A stretch of 64,000 bases of DNA. It comes from Candidatus Omnitrophota bacterium (lineage in GTDB: Bacteria > Omnitrophota > Gorgyraeia > Gygaellales > Profunditerraquicolaceae). Below are positions 19,017 through 28,749 of this stretch, piece by piece (within the stretch, counting starts at the first letter, position 1; each line of letters opens with the position of its first letter). The notes under the pieces are model-generated. The model saw only the letters and a program-made list of their open reading frames with translations, was not told the origin of the DNA and ran no database searches. The translations under genes were made by a program, and so were the position numbers. The stretch is taken from the NCBI GenBank assembly GCA_041650835.1, contig JBAZKL010000003.1, positions 227,682 through 291,681 of the forward strand. The letters run 5' to 3'.

Positions 19017-19502
19017 CTAAGAACCCGCCAGCTTACCTAAAATGCCGAGAGTAAAAGCCATGACAAAAAGCGCCACGGTTTCCGTCATACCCAACACAAC
19101 TAAATAATTACCGAACCCTTTCCCGGTTTCTCCCATAGAATCACAGGCACAAGCCGCGCATTTTCCTTGCCAATACGCGGAAAACCCGATCGCTAATCCG
19201 CAAAAAGCGCCTATACCCCATAAATATTGCCCTTTAGCCGCAAGTTCATACAAACGGTTCATAACGATCATGCCGTAAATGGTCTGAGTTAACGGAGCTC
19301 CGACAAAAGCCACCAACATAAAAGAAGCTGTCTTATTCTGGGCATAGTTTTTCTTCCATGCGCCGATCGCGCTCATACCCGCAACTCCTGCCCCTGTTGC
19401 CGAACCGCAAGCCGCAAGCGCAAGCACTAAACTTAAACCTAAATCTTTGAACTGCACGAGCAAATTGGCATCCATCTTCTTCTCCTTTTTTCTTATTTTC
19501 AA
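19017..19502 (-). CDS. atpK: V/A-type ATPase subunit K (proteolipid, double-hairpin c subunit)
   Basis: 161 aa, four hydrophobic helices, conserved acidic residue in the GMTETVALFVM helix; last gene of the V-ATPase operon. Confidence 0.8.
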   Translation of the reverse strand: MKIRKKEKKMDANLLVQFKDLGLSLVLALAACGSATGAGVAGMSAIGAWKKNYAQNKTASFMLVAFVGAPLTQTIYGMIVMNRLYELAAKGQYLWGIGAFCGLAIGFSAYWQGKCAACACDSMGETGKGFGNYLVVLGMTETVALFVMAFTLGILGKLAGS

Positions 19503-19533
19503 AATACCGTTTTTTCAAGCCTAAAATCGATAC

Positions 19534-21303
19534 TTACTGTTTCAGGGGCTTATATGCCTGGCCGCTCCAGGTCACACTCGCGTGCCCCGAGAATTCCAAA
19601 ACATTAAGCCTGACCCCGTGCACTAATACCGACATCGGGCCTAAAACAATATTTAATCCATGCCCGATAATAAGGATCAAAACACTTCCCGCGCCAAGAA
19701 CAAAACTTCCTCCCCCTAAACTAGCAGCCATGATATTACATGTTTCGGCGATAGCAAGGCCTGCCATTCCGACAGCAAAAAGACGCACATACGAAACTAC
19801 ATCGGTAAAATTATTCATCAGGCTTAACGCCAAAGCCCCGAGCCCTGAACCGATACCTTTGAGCATATTCTTCCGCGGATCGGTAAACAAAACCACCAAA
19901 GACATCCCGCTCAAAAGGATCCATTGAGCAAAAGACGGAAGAGGCTCTCCTAATATCAGCATTTTCGCGAATAAAAACGCGCTCCATAAAACACCTATCC
20001 ATCCGAACTCTGCCAAAGCCGACAAAGAAGGCAGTTTCAAAGACGCCCTCCAGGCATGCGCAATGCTTAAATGCAATGCGCCGATAAAAAAACAAAATGC
20101 CTGCATGAACTTAACATCATTTAACGCGGGAACAAGCGGCCGTAAACCTATTTTGGCGCACCACACCTGGCCAAAAAACGTCCCGGTCAAAAATCCCCAA
20201 AGAATAGCGCAGGAACTTAAGATATAAAAAAGAAAAAACGGTTTTTTATCTTTGATTTTGTTTCCCAGCTTTTTCTGCATCAGCATCGTGAGCGCAAAAT
20301 AAACCAACCCATAACCGGCATCTCCGATCAAGATCCCGAAGAACATGCCGAAAAAAATGAAAAAAACAGCGCTAGTATCCAATTCACGATACCCCGGGAC
20401 TATTTCTAAAAGCTTTAAAACAGGATTGAGCAGCGATACCCACCGGGGATTACGCAATAAGGTCGGGACATCTTCATCCTCCGCCGGCTCATTGATCATG
20501 AGCCCCCACTTTTCTTTCCGCGCGGCCGCCAGCAACGCGTCTTGCGAATCATGCGGGATATAACCATTTAAGAACACGATCGTTTTTTCCCGGCCCATGC
20601 CGCGCAAGGCTTCCTGAAACTCCATTTCCTTTTCCAATTCACCTCTGATATATTGTAATTTTTCCCTCACACAGACAAACTTATGGATATCTTTACGGAT
20701 ATTTTCCATTGCCGCGTTATCCTGCGCCAGGCGCGCTTTCATTGCCGCAAGGCCCATTTTCGGCAGGATGAGCTCTTTAAAAGGAACATCCATCTTTTCA
20801 CGGGAAACGACCGCGCAATACACCAAGCCTTTTTCAACCGATACTGTCTTGACGAGCGCCTCTTTCGGCAAACGCGGCAACTCAGGAGCAGGTATTTTAT
20901 AAAGGCTGATATAAATATTCTTTTCAGCAAGAACCTTCAACTCATCGGGGTCAAAATCGCCCCACAATTCCCATTCGCTGATAGAATGTATCATACTCTT
21001 GGAATATTCCTGCAGCTGGTCCATTCGCTTGTGTAAATCAATGATATGTTTTGCCGTATACCTCCAATCAAGGGGCTCCTGCGCCAGCTCCATGCAAAGC
21101 AGATCCTTACTTTCATATTTAAACAATATCTCGATGGCTTCACTGATAAAAGCGATATCTTCCAGCAAGCTGGCAATATCTTTTCCGCGGGGAGGCTGCG
21201 CGTGGCGCACATGCACTATCCCCAAAGAACGAAGCACGCGCAACGCGGAAAGATTATCCTTTTCCTGCACCAGTAATGTGATCTTTTTCATCGGGACTAT
21301 CAT
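19534..21303 (-). CDS. atpI: V/A-type ATPase subunit I (membrane a subunit)
   Basis: 589 aa; soluble N-terminal half plus multi-TM C-terminal half; operon position between D and K. Confidence 0.8.
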   Translation of the reverse strand: MIVPMKKITLLVQEKDNLSALRVLRSLGIVHVRHAQPPRGKDIASLLEDIAFISEAIEILFKYESKDLLCMELAQEPLDWRYTAKHIIDLHKRMDQLQEYSKSMIHSISEWELWGDFDPDELKVLAEKNIYISLYKIPAPELPRLPKEALVKTVSVEKGLVYCAVVSREKMDVPFKELILPKMGLAAMKARLAQDNAAMENIRKDIHKFVCVREKLQYIRGELEKEMEFQEALRGMGREKTIVFLNGYIPHDSQDALLAAARKEKWGLMINEPAEDEDVPTLLRNPRWVSLLNPVLKLLEIVPGYRELDTSAVFFIFFGMFFGILIGDAGYGLVYFALTMLMQKKLGNKIKDKKPFFLFYILSSCAILWGFLTGTFFGQVWCAKIGLRPLVPALNDVKFMQAFCFFIGALHLSIAHAWRASLKLPSLSALAEFGWIGVLWSAFLFAKMLILGEPLPSFAQWILLSGMSLVVLFTDPRKNMLKGIGSGLGALALSLMNNFTDVVSYVRLFAVGMAGLAIAETCNIMAASLGGGSFVLGAGSVLILIIGHGLNIVLGPMSVLVHGVRLNVLEFSGHASVTWSGQAYKPLKQ

Positions 21304-21360
21304 AATTCCAACCTTTATGAACGCTTATTTTGATTATCAAAATTTCAAAAGATAAGATAG

Positions 21361-21500
21361 TATTAAAGTCTAAAGATTAAAGTTCAAATAACCAAGGAAA
21401 ATTAAAGGCTTAAGGTTAAATTTTAAAATTACCTACCTGCCGGCAGGCAGGAACCTTAGCCCTTTAACCTTCCTTTGTTATTTATACTTTAGCCTTTAAT
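21361..21500. repeat. ~140-bp AT-rich palindromic intergenic element, copy 1 (centre CCTGCCGGCAGG)
   Basis: Arms ...AACCAAGGAAAATTAAAGGCTTAAGGTTAAATTTTAAAATTACCT / AGGAACCTTAGCCCTTTAACCTTCCTTTGTT... are mutual reverse complements; same element at 28531-28747 and 37871-38004. Confidence 0.8.
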
Positions 21501-21536
21501 CTTCATCAAGAGCCTAATAATTCCTGCGTTACTTAA

Positions 21537-22148
21537 CTAATATGCTCCTGCCAATTCCGCTTCTTCGATCTTGCGCTTGGCGATCTTACTGCGGCCGACC
21601 GCGTTTGCCATCTGGTCACCGATATAGATCTTGATCAAGCGTATGGCTACTTCGGCCTCGGGGATCTTGACTTTCTCGAAAAGATTCACCCGCTGCGTAG
21701 TAACGCGTAATTCCTGCTTTAAAATCCTGACGCCGCTTTGCACTACGGCGAGCTCCTGCTGCAAAGAAACAAGGGCCTTACATGCCTCTACCGCACTATC
21801 AACCCATAAAGGGGCCAAGAACAGGTCATAGTCAAAGGCCTCAAAATCGGCGCTGCCGAACACCGGAACATCGACTCCCGCGATATTCCTGGTATCGCTA
21901 TTCACGCGCGCAAGCTTTACCAGAGAATCGACCTTGACTCCCTGGTCGGCGAGTATCCCCGCCCAGGGCTCAATAGATCTGTGTTTAAGCTCTAACGCGG
22001 CGGCCTTTTCCGCCAGACGGCTGTTCTGACGGATGATCTCTATCTGCAATTGCTGCTTTTTAAGCTGCAGCGTCGGCAGATAGCGCGCGTACTGTTTAAG
22101 CGCGTCCCGTTGCTTTTTTAATTCTCCCTTAGTTAATTTAACCTTCAT
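21537..22148 (-). CDS. atpD: V/A-type ATPase subunit D
   Basis: 203 aa coiled-coil protein MKVKLTKGELKKQRDALKQY... typical of V-type D subunit. Confidence 0.85.
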   Translation of the reverse strand: MKVKLTKGELKKQRDALKQYARYLPTLQLKKQQLQIEIIRQNSRLAEKAAALELKHRSIEPWAGILADQGVKVDSLVKLARVNSDTRNIAGVDVPVFGSADFEAFDYDLFLAPLWVDSAVEACKALVSLQQELAVVQSGVRILKQELRVTTQRVNLFEKVKIPEAEVAIRLIKIYIGDQMANAVGRSKIAKRKIEEAELAGAY

Positions 22149-22167
22149 GAATACACCTTAGCTTATA

Positions 22168-22211
22168 GTCCACGGTCAACAGTCCATAGACCATGGACCA
22201 TCGACTATCGG
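22168..22211. repeat. short tandem NGACCAT heptamer repeats between atpD and atpB
   Basis: GTCCACGGTCAACAGTCCATAGACCATGGACCATCGAC; the same GACCAT array occurs at 30950-30983 and inside pyrK (28945-28973). Confidence 0.6.
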
Positions 22212-23504
22212 CTATTTAGGCCAATATTCCTCGATCAATGATCTTTTTATCCCGGTTTCTTCCGGAGTAAAACATTCCCGCAATATCATCCATGCCTTAT
22301 CCAGGGCTTTTTCTAAAGGGATATTCAGCTTAAGCGACATCATTTCCCGCTCAAATAAAACCCCGTATTTAAGAAGCTTTTTATCCCAGTTACTCATCTG
22401 GAATCCCATTGATTGCTTCTCGCGGGTTTCCCGGTAACTGGCAAACAACTGGATCATGGTATCCATAATTACGCGATGATCGCTTCTGGTATTGCCGTTT
22501 ACCTGCTGTTTCAGGCGGCTCAGCGACCCGAACGGCTCGATAACCCCGTTCTTCAAATAAAACTGCCCTTCAGTGATATATCCGGTATTGTCGGGCACCG
22601 GATGCGTCACGTCATCCCCGGGCATGGTGGTCGCGGCAAGAATAGTAATCGAGCCTGCGGTATCAAAATCGACCGCTTTTTCATAGCGCGCAGCCAATTG
22701 GCTGTAAAGGTCCCCGGGGTATCCTCTATTGGAAGGGACCTGCTCCATGGTGATCGCGACTTCTTTTAAGGCGTCGCAAAAATTAGTCATATCGGTTAAA
22801 AGCACCAAGACCCGCTTTTTGGCAAGCGCGAACTGCTCGGCAACCGCTAAGCTTATATCCGGCACAAGCAGGCACTCGACAGTCGGGTCTGCCGCGGTAT
22901 GCATAAAAAAGATCGAGCGCGAAAGCGCGCCCGCCGCCTGCAGCGTTTCCTTAAAAGAAAGATACTCGTCATATTTAAGGCCCATTCCCCCTAAAATAAT
23001 GACATCGATCTCCGCCTGAATGGCGATACGCGCCAGTAATTCATTATACGGCTCCCCCGCGATAGAAAAAATGGGCAGCTTCTGCGATTCCACCAGCGAA
23101 TTAAAAACATCGATCATCGGAAGTCCGGTACGGATCATTTTATCGGGGATGATCCTTTTGACCGGATTGACCGGAGGCCCGCCGATATCAATAAGGTTTT
23201 CCGAAAGATGTACGCCCTGGTCCAAAGGGAGGCCGCTTCCGTTAAAGATCCTGCCGAGCAGGTTCTCCCCGCTTGAGATACGCATGGGATGCCCCAGGAA
23301 ACGGACCTTATCTCCCGTCGAAATACCCCTACTCCCGGCAAAAACCTGCAGAGAGACTTTTTTGCCGTCAAGCCTGATGACCTGGGCGAGTGAGACTTCC
23401 CGGCGGGTAGTAACTTCAGCGATCTCCATATAGCCGATACCTTCTGCTTCCACCGTGATCACGTCGCCGGCGATCTGAATGATATTCGTATATACCTTAT
23501 GCAT
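22212..23504 (-). CDS. atpB: V/A-type ATPase subunit B
   Basis: Track ORF 22212-23546 (444 aa); the likely true start is Met15 ([13 protein letters not shown]..., nt 23504), giving an 8-nt overlap with atpA; non-catalytic nucleotide-binding subunit. Confidence 0.85.
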   Translation of the reverse strand: MHKVYTNIIQIAGDVITVEAEGIGYMEIAEVTTRREVSLAQVIRLDGKKVSLQVFAGSRGISTGDKVRFLGHPMRISSGENLLGRIFNGSGLPLDQGVHLSENLIDIGGPPVNPVKRIIPDKMIRTGLPMIDVFNSLVESQKLPIFSIAGEPYNELLARIAIQAEIDVIILGGMGLKYDEYLSFKETLQAAGALSRSIFFMHTAADPTVECLLVPDISLAVAEQFALAKKRVLVLLTDMTNFCDALKEVAITMEQVPSNRGYPGDLYSQLAARYEKAVDFDTAGSITILAATTMPGDDVTHPVPDNTGYITEGQFYLKNGVIEPFGSLSRLKQQVNGNTRSDHRVIMDTMIQLFASYRETREKQSMGFQMSNWDKKLLKYGVLFEREMMSLKLNIPLEKALDKAWMILRECFTPEETGIKRSLIEEYWPK

Positions 23505-25251
23505 GGATTGCTTCCTTCTTGTCTTTGCGCTTACCATCGATTTCAACGGTAATTTCCTGTTCTATTTTCTTGAATTCTTCACTCTGCCACTGGGAAGAAT
23601 TCCATCCTTTAAAAAGCTGCTTTACTTTTTGGAAGAATTGCAGCGCCGCCTCTTTTCCTTCAAAGGCGAATTCAGCGCCCAAGACCTGATGGATGAAATT
23701 AAAAATGTATTTTTGCCTCTCTGCGGGCGTGGCCTCATCAACCGCGTCAAACGCATTCTGCTGCAAATACACGGAATCAAAGAACTCTCCCTTGAGATAT
23801 TCCAGATAATCAGCTAAAGACGTCCCTTCTTCGCCGATAACTTTCATCATCTGCGAAACATCATTGCTCTTGAGTAAAATATCATGCCCGCGCGCGGCCT
23901 GGTCTGCCGCGACAATGCTGGGGTATTTGCTCCAACTGATCAAGGGGTCTATAGCCGGATACTTACGGGCGTTGGAGCGCTCGCGGGAGAGGCCGTGAAA
24001 AGCCCCCACGACCTTAAGGGTTGCCTGGGTCACCGGTTCTTCAAAATTGCCCCCGGCAGGGCTCACCGTCCCTCCGATAGTAACAGACCCTGTCTGAGCA
24101 TTGTATAAACGCACCACGCCTGAGCGTTCATAAAAAGAAGCGATGCGCGATTCAAGATACGCGGGGAAGGCTTCTTCTCCGGGGATCTCCTCCAGCCTCC
24201 CGGACATCTCTCTCATTGCCTGGGCCCAACGGGACGTAGAATCAGCCAAAAGCAAAACGTTCAGCCCCATCTGGCGGTAATATTCCGCGATGGTCACCGC
24301 GGTATAAACGCTCGATTCCCGCGCGGCTACCGGCATGGAACTGGTATTACAAATTATGACTGTCCGGTCGCTTAACGGTTTACCCGTGCGAGGATCGGTG
24401 ATCTCAGGGAAGGTCTTGAGCGTCTCAACGACTTCTCCCGCCCGTTCACCGCAGGCGGCGATAATAACAATATCGACTTCCGCGTGGCGGCTGGTGAGCT
24501 GCTGCAGGACCGTCTTTCCCGCGCCAAAAGGGCCGGGAATGCAATACGTGCCGCCGCGGGCAACCGGGAACAAAGAATCGATCAAACGCATCTTCGTGAC
24601 TAAAGGTTCCGTCGGCCTTAATTTTTCCTCGTAGGCCCGGATGGGGATCTTAACCGGCCAGGACTGCTTTAAATAAGCGTCATGGATTTTACCGTCACGG
24701 TCTTTTAATTGAGCGATGCTCTGGCTGAAATTATATTTCCCCGCTTTGACGATAGAAACAACTTCCTGCGCGCCGCGCAAATAAAACGGGACCATAATAT
24801 AATGAGAAAATATCTTTTCCGGGACAACCCCCAGGGCTTCTCCGGGACGAAGGCGCTCTCCCGCTTTACAGGACGGATTAAATTGCCATTCTTTTTCTCC
24901 TGACAAGGCTTCCAAATACTCCCCGCGCTTCAAGAAAAACCCCTGCTTCCGGGCAAGTAACGGCAGCGGGTTCTGTAATCCGTCGAATATCTGACCGAGC
25001 AGCCCCGGGCCCAGCTCTACGGAAAGCAGTTCATCGCTGAATTCAGCTTCATCCCCGACGAGGAGCCCCGAAGTATCTTCATAGACCTGCATTTCCGCGC
25101 GCTCGCCCCTGACGCGGATCACTTCAGCTTTCAATCGCTCCTGCCCATGAAGGATAAAAGCGACTTCGTTCTGAATAATAAACTCATTTGTTTCGACGGT
25201 AACCATATTACCGTTTATCTTTACTATTTTACCTTTTCTTTTCATTGTCAA
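23497..25251 (-). CDS. atpA: V/A-type ATPase catalytic subunit A
   Basis: 584 aa; P-loop GPFGAGKT; conserved catalytic-subunit architecture. Confidence 0.9.
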   Translation of the reverse strand: MTMKRKGKIVKINGNMVTVETNEFIIQNEVAFILHGQERLKAEVIRVRGERAEMQVYEDTSGLLVGDEAEFSDELLSVELGPGLLGQIFDGLQNPLPLLARKQGFFLKRGEYLEALSGEKEWQFNPSCKAGERLRPGEALGVVPEKIFSHYIMVPFYLRGAQEVVSIVKAGKYNFSQSIAQLKDRDGKIHDAYLKQSWPVKIPIRAYEEKLRPTEPLVTKMRLIDSLFPVARGGTYCIPGPFGAGKTVLQQLTSRHAEVDIVIIAACGERAGEVVETLKTFPEITDPRTGKPLSDRTVIICNTSSMPVAARESSVYTAVTIAEYYRQMGLNVLLLADSTSRWAQAMREMSGRLEEIPGEEAFPAYLESRIASFYERSGVVRLYNAQTGSVTIGGTVSPAGGNFEEPVTQATLKVVGAFHGLSRERSNARKYPAIDPLISWSKYPSIVAADQAARGHDILLKSNDVSQMMKVIGEEGTSLADYLEYLKGEFFDSVYLQQNAFDAVDEATPAERQKYIFNFIHQVLGAEFAFEGKEAALQFFQKVKQLFKGWNSSQWQSEEFKKIEQEITVEIDGKRKDKKEAIHA

Positions 25252-25272
25252 CCGGCCTTTGTAAGATTCGTT

Positions 25273-25821
25273 TTACGCCCGCCCTGCCTCTATAGCCTTG
25301 AGCGTTTTATCCAATAAAGCGGCCTTTTCTGCCAGGCGGATATTTTCCCAGCGCAGCAAAATCAGGAGTTTAAACGCGTATACGGCCAAAAAATCAAAAT
25401 CAAAAAAATGCCCCGCGGCTATTTCTTCTAATTTATTCCAGCGTTCCTGATCAAGCGTTCTCTCCGCTTCCAAAACCGACACATTGCGGCAGGCGGCAAG
25501 AGCGATATGGGTAATATACGGCTCCACGTATCCGTCGTCCAAACGCATATATTTGACAGGGTCGGCCTTTTTTCTCACCGCCCTGATCTTGACTAATTCA
25601 TTCCTCAAGTCCCGGTCAAATTCATACCAGGCATCAAGGGCGCCGTGGATACCGCCGTAGGGATGCTCGCCGGCATGCGGGATTTCCGCAAGTATAAGCC
25701 TTTCCCTTTCAGGGATGAACCCAACGCATAATTGCAGGAAGCCCTCATACGAAAAAGGCGGCTTAGCCCCGAATATAAGCATAGGCAAGCTTGCTATAAC
25801 ATACGTGTAATACTCTGCCAT
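25273..25821 (-). CDS. DUF2764-family protein (V-ATPase operon-associated; possible C-subunit analogue)
   Basis: 182 aa starting MAEYYTYVIASLPML, the hallmark N-terminus of DUF2764 proteins found between atpE and atpA in Bacteroidota/Chlamydiota V-ATPase operons. Confidence 0.55.
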   Translation of the reverse strand: MAEYYTYVIASLPMLIFGAKPPFSYEGFLQLCVGFIPERERLILAEIPHAGEHPYGGIHGALDAWYEFDRDLRNELVKIRAVRKKADPVKYMRLDDGYVEPYITHIALAACRNVSVLEAERTLDQERWNKLEEIAAGHFFDFDFLAVYAFKLLILLRWENIRLAEKAALLDKTLKAIEAGRA

Positions 25822-25825
25822 GTCC

Positions 25826-26431
25826 TTAAAAAATGTCCTTCATGACCGATTTCAGCGCCGGCTTTAAATAGGCGCCGATATATTCGGCAAGCGCCTTATC
25901 GGTAAAATCAAAATGGGATCTCCCCCCGTCATAACTGATCACAAACCCTCCTAAAACATCTTCCGAAGGCTTACACGTGATCCCCGCTTTAAGCTGGTCC
26001 TTAAGCTTCCCGATAAAATATTTTTCTAATGCCGCGCAGTCTTCTTTTTTCAGCGAAACGATCACCTGCGCTTTTTCTTTGCCGCTTGCTTCCTTGATGA
26101 GTGACGCCAGGATATTCGCCAGCTCTTCAGGCGAAAGCGCCTGACGGATATTCGAGACGATCAGGGCATCGAGCATAGAAGAGATCTCTTTTTTCAACCC
26201 CAGGAGCATGTCCCGCGATGCCTGCTGCAAGAGCGCCAAAGTATTTTTCTGAAGAAGCGCCCCCTCTTCTTTGGCCGCCAAAACGATCCCATGAGCTTCA
26301 ACAGAAGCTTTTTCAATGATCACCGCGGCTTTTTCAACGGCCTCTTTTTTTATTTCCCGCGCGTTCTCCTCGGCGGCCCGGATACCTTCCTGGTTTATTT
26401 TTTCTATTAGATCCTTGATCTGCTCTGCCAT
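25826..26431 (-). CDS. atpE: V/A-type ATPase subunit E
   Basis: 201 aa, highly charged coiled-coil N-terminus (MAEQIKDLIEKINQEGIRAAEENAREIKKEA...). Confidence 0.8.
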   Translation of the reverse strand: MAEQIKDLIEKINQEGIRAAEENAREIKKEAVEKAAVIIEKASVEAHGIVLAAKEEGALLQKNTLALLQQASRDMLLGLKKEISSMLDALIVSNIRQALSPEELANILASLIKEASGKEKAQVIVSLKKEDCAALEKYFIGKLKDQLKAGITCKPSEDVLGGFVISYDGGRSHFDFTDKALAEYIGAYLKPALKSVMKDIF

Positions 26432-26455
26432 ATCAATCTCCTGCTCTTAAAAACA

Positions 26456-27151
26456 TTATTCCTGACGATGTATCTCTTTGAGATATGCATCGACGGCTTT
26501 TAACGGGTCCGCGGCTTCCAGTATCGGCCGGCCGATAACCAGAAAATCGCTTCCGGCTCCAACCGCCTGCGCCACGGTCGCGGTCCTTTTTTGGTCATCA
26601 GCTGATTTTGCATCAGGGCGTATCCCGGGGGTCACGATAATAAATTGCCGCGGGATCTCTTTACGCAATAACGCGGCTTCACGCACCGAGCACACAACGC
26701 CTCCTAACCCGCATTCCAGGCTTTGAGATGCCAGCCGCAAGACTTCTCCGGGAGCTGCTTCCTGGCTTGTCAAAACAGTAACTCCCAACAAGATCGGTTT
26801 TTTTACTTTAAGTTTTTCTGATTCCTCTTCTGCCGCAGCACATGCTGCCTTAAGCATCGCCGCCCCGCCGCAAGCATGCAGCGTCATCATCTCTACCTGA
26901 AGCCTCACCGCCTGGCGGACAGCGCAGGCGACGGTATTCGGGATATCATGGAATTTCAAGTCCAAGAAAACCCCCGCCCCTTTTTTCCGGACATATTCTA
27001 CGATCGCCGGCCCCGCCTGCGTAAAAAGCTGCAAGCCGACCTTAAAGACCTTAACGCGCGGAGACATTGTATCGATAAAGGCATGCGCCCGGGCGAGCGT
27101 ATCGACATCTAAAGCGAGAATAATTTCCGGTTTTCGGGCTGCTTGATTCAT
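26456..27151 (-). CDS. pyrF: orotidine 5'-phosphate decarboxylase
   Basis: 231 aa; ILALDV...K.GLQLFT...DLKFHDIPNTV motifs. Confidence 0.9.
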   Translation of the reverse strand: MNQAARKPEIILALDVDTLARAHAFIDTMSPRVKVFKVGLQLFTQAGPAIVEYVRKKGAGVFLDLKFHDIPNTVACAVRQAVRLQVEMMTLHACGGAAMLKAACAAAEEESEKLKVKKPILLGVTVLTSQEAAPGEVLRLASQSLECGLGGVVCSVREAALLRKEIPRQFIIVTPGIRPDAKSADDQKRTATVAQAVGAGSDFLVIGRPILEAADPLKAVDAYLKEIHRQE

Positions 27152-28128
27152 AATTGCAGTGACCCTCGTAATAATGAAATGTCTAACATGTCATTCACCG
27201 CGAGGTATCGCTTGATACCTTCGATTATTTCCATACTGACGCCGGGATTAATAAAATTCGCCGTGCCTACGGCAACAGCAGTCGCCCCGGCGATCAAAAA
27301 TTCCAAAGCGCTCGCGGTATCCATAATACCGCCCATCCCGATGACCGGGATATTCACCGCGCGCGCGGTCTCCCAGACCATCTTCACCGCGACCGGCCTG
27401 ACGGCTGGGCCGCTTAATCCGGCTACCCCCGCGGCTATCTTCGGCTTACGCGCCATGACATCGATACTCATGCCGGTCAGCGTATTGATCAAAGAAACCG
27501 CGTCAGATCCCGCCGATTCAGCGGCAAGCGCGATATCACTGATACAAGTAACATTGGGGGATAATTTGGTAATCAAAGGTTTTTTGGCCACCTTACGCAC
27601 GGCCCTGACCAGATCATAGGTCGCCTTGGGGTCCTGAGAGATCAATCGCCGTTGCTTCTCTCCTTGCGGCCTGCGACCTGTATCTTGTTTACCCCGAGTT
27701 TGTCGAGGGGCGCCGTGCGACTTTACATTGGGACAAGAAATATTCAACTCAATTGCGTCAACGCCCTTGACCGAATCAACAGCATCTACGATCTTAATAA
27801 ATTCATCCAAGCCGCCTTCAGAAGCAACGCTCAAAATAACCGGGACCCCGGTATTTTTTAAAAACCCGAGTTTATCGCGCAGAAAAACATCTAATCCGGG
27901 ATTTTCCAATCCTATGGAATTAAGCAAACCCGAAGGCGTTTCACAGGTACGAGGCATAGGATTACCGCAGCGGGGCAGGAGCGTCACGGTCTTGGTGACA
28001 AGGGCCCCCAGCTTCTTCAGATCGACAAAATCCCGGAATTCCTCTCCATAGCCGAACGTGCCGGAACAAACCGTGACCGGATTCTTTAAATGCAATTTTC
28101 CTATCCTTACCGCGAGAGACGGATCCAT
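27148..28128 (-). CDS. pyrD: dihydroorotate dehydrogenase catalytic subunit (class 1B-type) with a ~22-aa Arg/Gln-rich in-frame insertion
   Basis: 326 aa; KNPVTVCSGTFGYGEEF, NISCPNVK active-site region followed by atypical insert HGAPRQTRGKQDTGRRPQGEKQRRL before ISQDPKA. Confidence 0.85.
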   Translation of the reverse strand: MDPSLAVRIGKLHLKNPVTVCSGTFGYGEEFRDFVDLKKLGALVTKTVTLLPRCGNPMPRTCETPSGLLNSIGLENPGLDVFLRDKLGFLKNTGVPVILSVASEGGLDEFIKIVDAVDSVKGVDAIELNISCPNVKSHGAPRQTRGKQDTGRRPQGEKQRRLISQDPKATYDLVRAVRKVAKKPLITKLSPNVTCISDIALAAESAGSDAVSLINTLTGMSIDVMARKPKIAAGVAGLSGPAVRPVAVKMVWETARAVNIPVIGMGGIMDTASALEFLIAGATAVAVGTANFINPGVSMEIIEGIKRYLAVNDMLDISLLRGSLQL

Positions 28129-28144
28129 GCGTTACTGATGCCCC

Positions 28145-28504
28145 CTATTTACCTATGATAAAATTAATGGCGATAAAAAGCAAAAAAATTCCGAATATGC
28201 GTTTTAATAAAGGATCCGGCACCTGCTGCACCACGCTTGCTCCCAGGAATCCTCCGATGAAAAAACCGATACAAATAAAACCCGCCATCCCCAATTTCAC
28301 GTTCCCGGCGTAATAATAACGCAATGCCGCTAAAAGCCCTATGGGCGGAATGAGTATCGCCAAAGTCGTACCCTGCGCCTGGTGCTGCGTTAACCCGAAG
28401 AAATAAACCAATGCGGGTATCAAAATGATCCCGCCGCCGATGCCGAACATCCCTCCCAAAACTCCGGCGGTTAATCCTAAGAGGATGTAGAGGAACGAAT
28501 TCAT
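28145..28504 (-). CDS. TauE/SafE (DUF81) family membrane protein, half-length (4-TM) form
   Basis: 119 aa; GGMFGIGGGIILIPAL motif; about half the usual ~250 aa. Confidence 0.5.
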   Translation of the reverse strand: MNSFLYILLGLTAGVLGGMFGIGGGIILIPALVYFFGLTQHQAQGTTLAILIPPIGLLAALRYYYAGNVKLGMAGFICIGFFIGGFLGASVVQQVPDPLLKRIFGIFLLFIAINFIIGK

Positions 28505-28530
28505 AAAAACCCCCTTACTTTAAAAAAGCT

Positions 28531-28747
28531 TAAAGGCTATAGTATAAATTTTAAAGTATAAAGTCTAAATAACAAAGGAAGGTTAAAGATTTAAGGTTAA
28601 ATTTTAAAATTACCTGCCTCACCGGCAGACAGGAACCTTTGACCTTGAAATTTCCTTTGTTCTTTGAACTTTGAATGAACCATGCCTCAGGCGCTTATGG
28701 TTCATTCATCCCGAGCTCTGTCGAGGGTTAACCTTTAGACTTTAATC
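28531..28747. repeat. AT-rich palindromic intergenic element, copy 2, carrying a nested hairpin element (28671-28727)
   Basis: Same arms as copy 1 (…GGTTAAATTTTAAAATTACCTGCCTCACCGGCAGACAGGAACC…); right arm interrupted by TTGAATGAACCATGCCTCAGGCGCTTATGGTTCATTCATCCCGAGCTCTGTCGAGGG. Confidence 0.75.
28671..28727. repeat. hairpin element TTGAATGARCC-RTGCCTCWGGCGYTT-ATGGYTCATTCA + TCCCGAGCTCYGTCGAGGG, copy a
   Basis: ~95% identical to 30806-30862; 12-bp stem TGAATGAACCAT/ATGGTTCATTCA. Confidence 0.8.
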
Positions 28748-28749
28748 CA

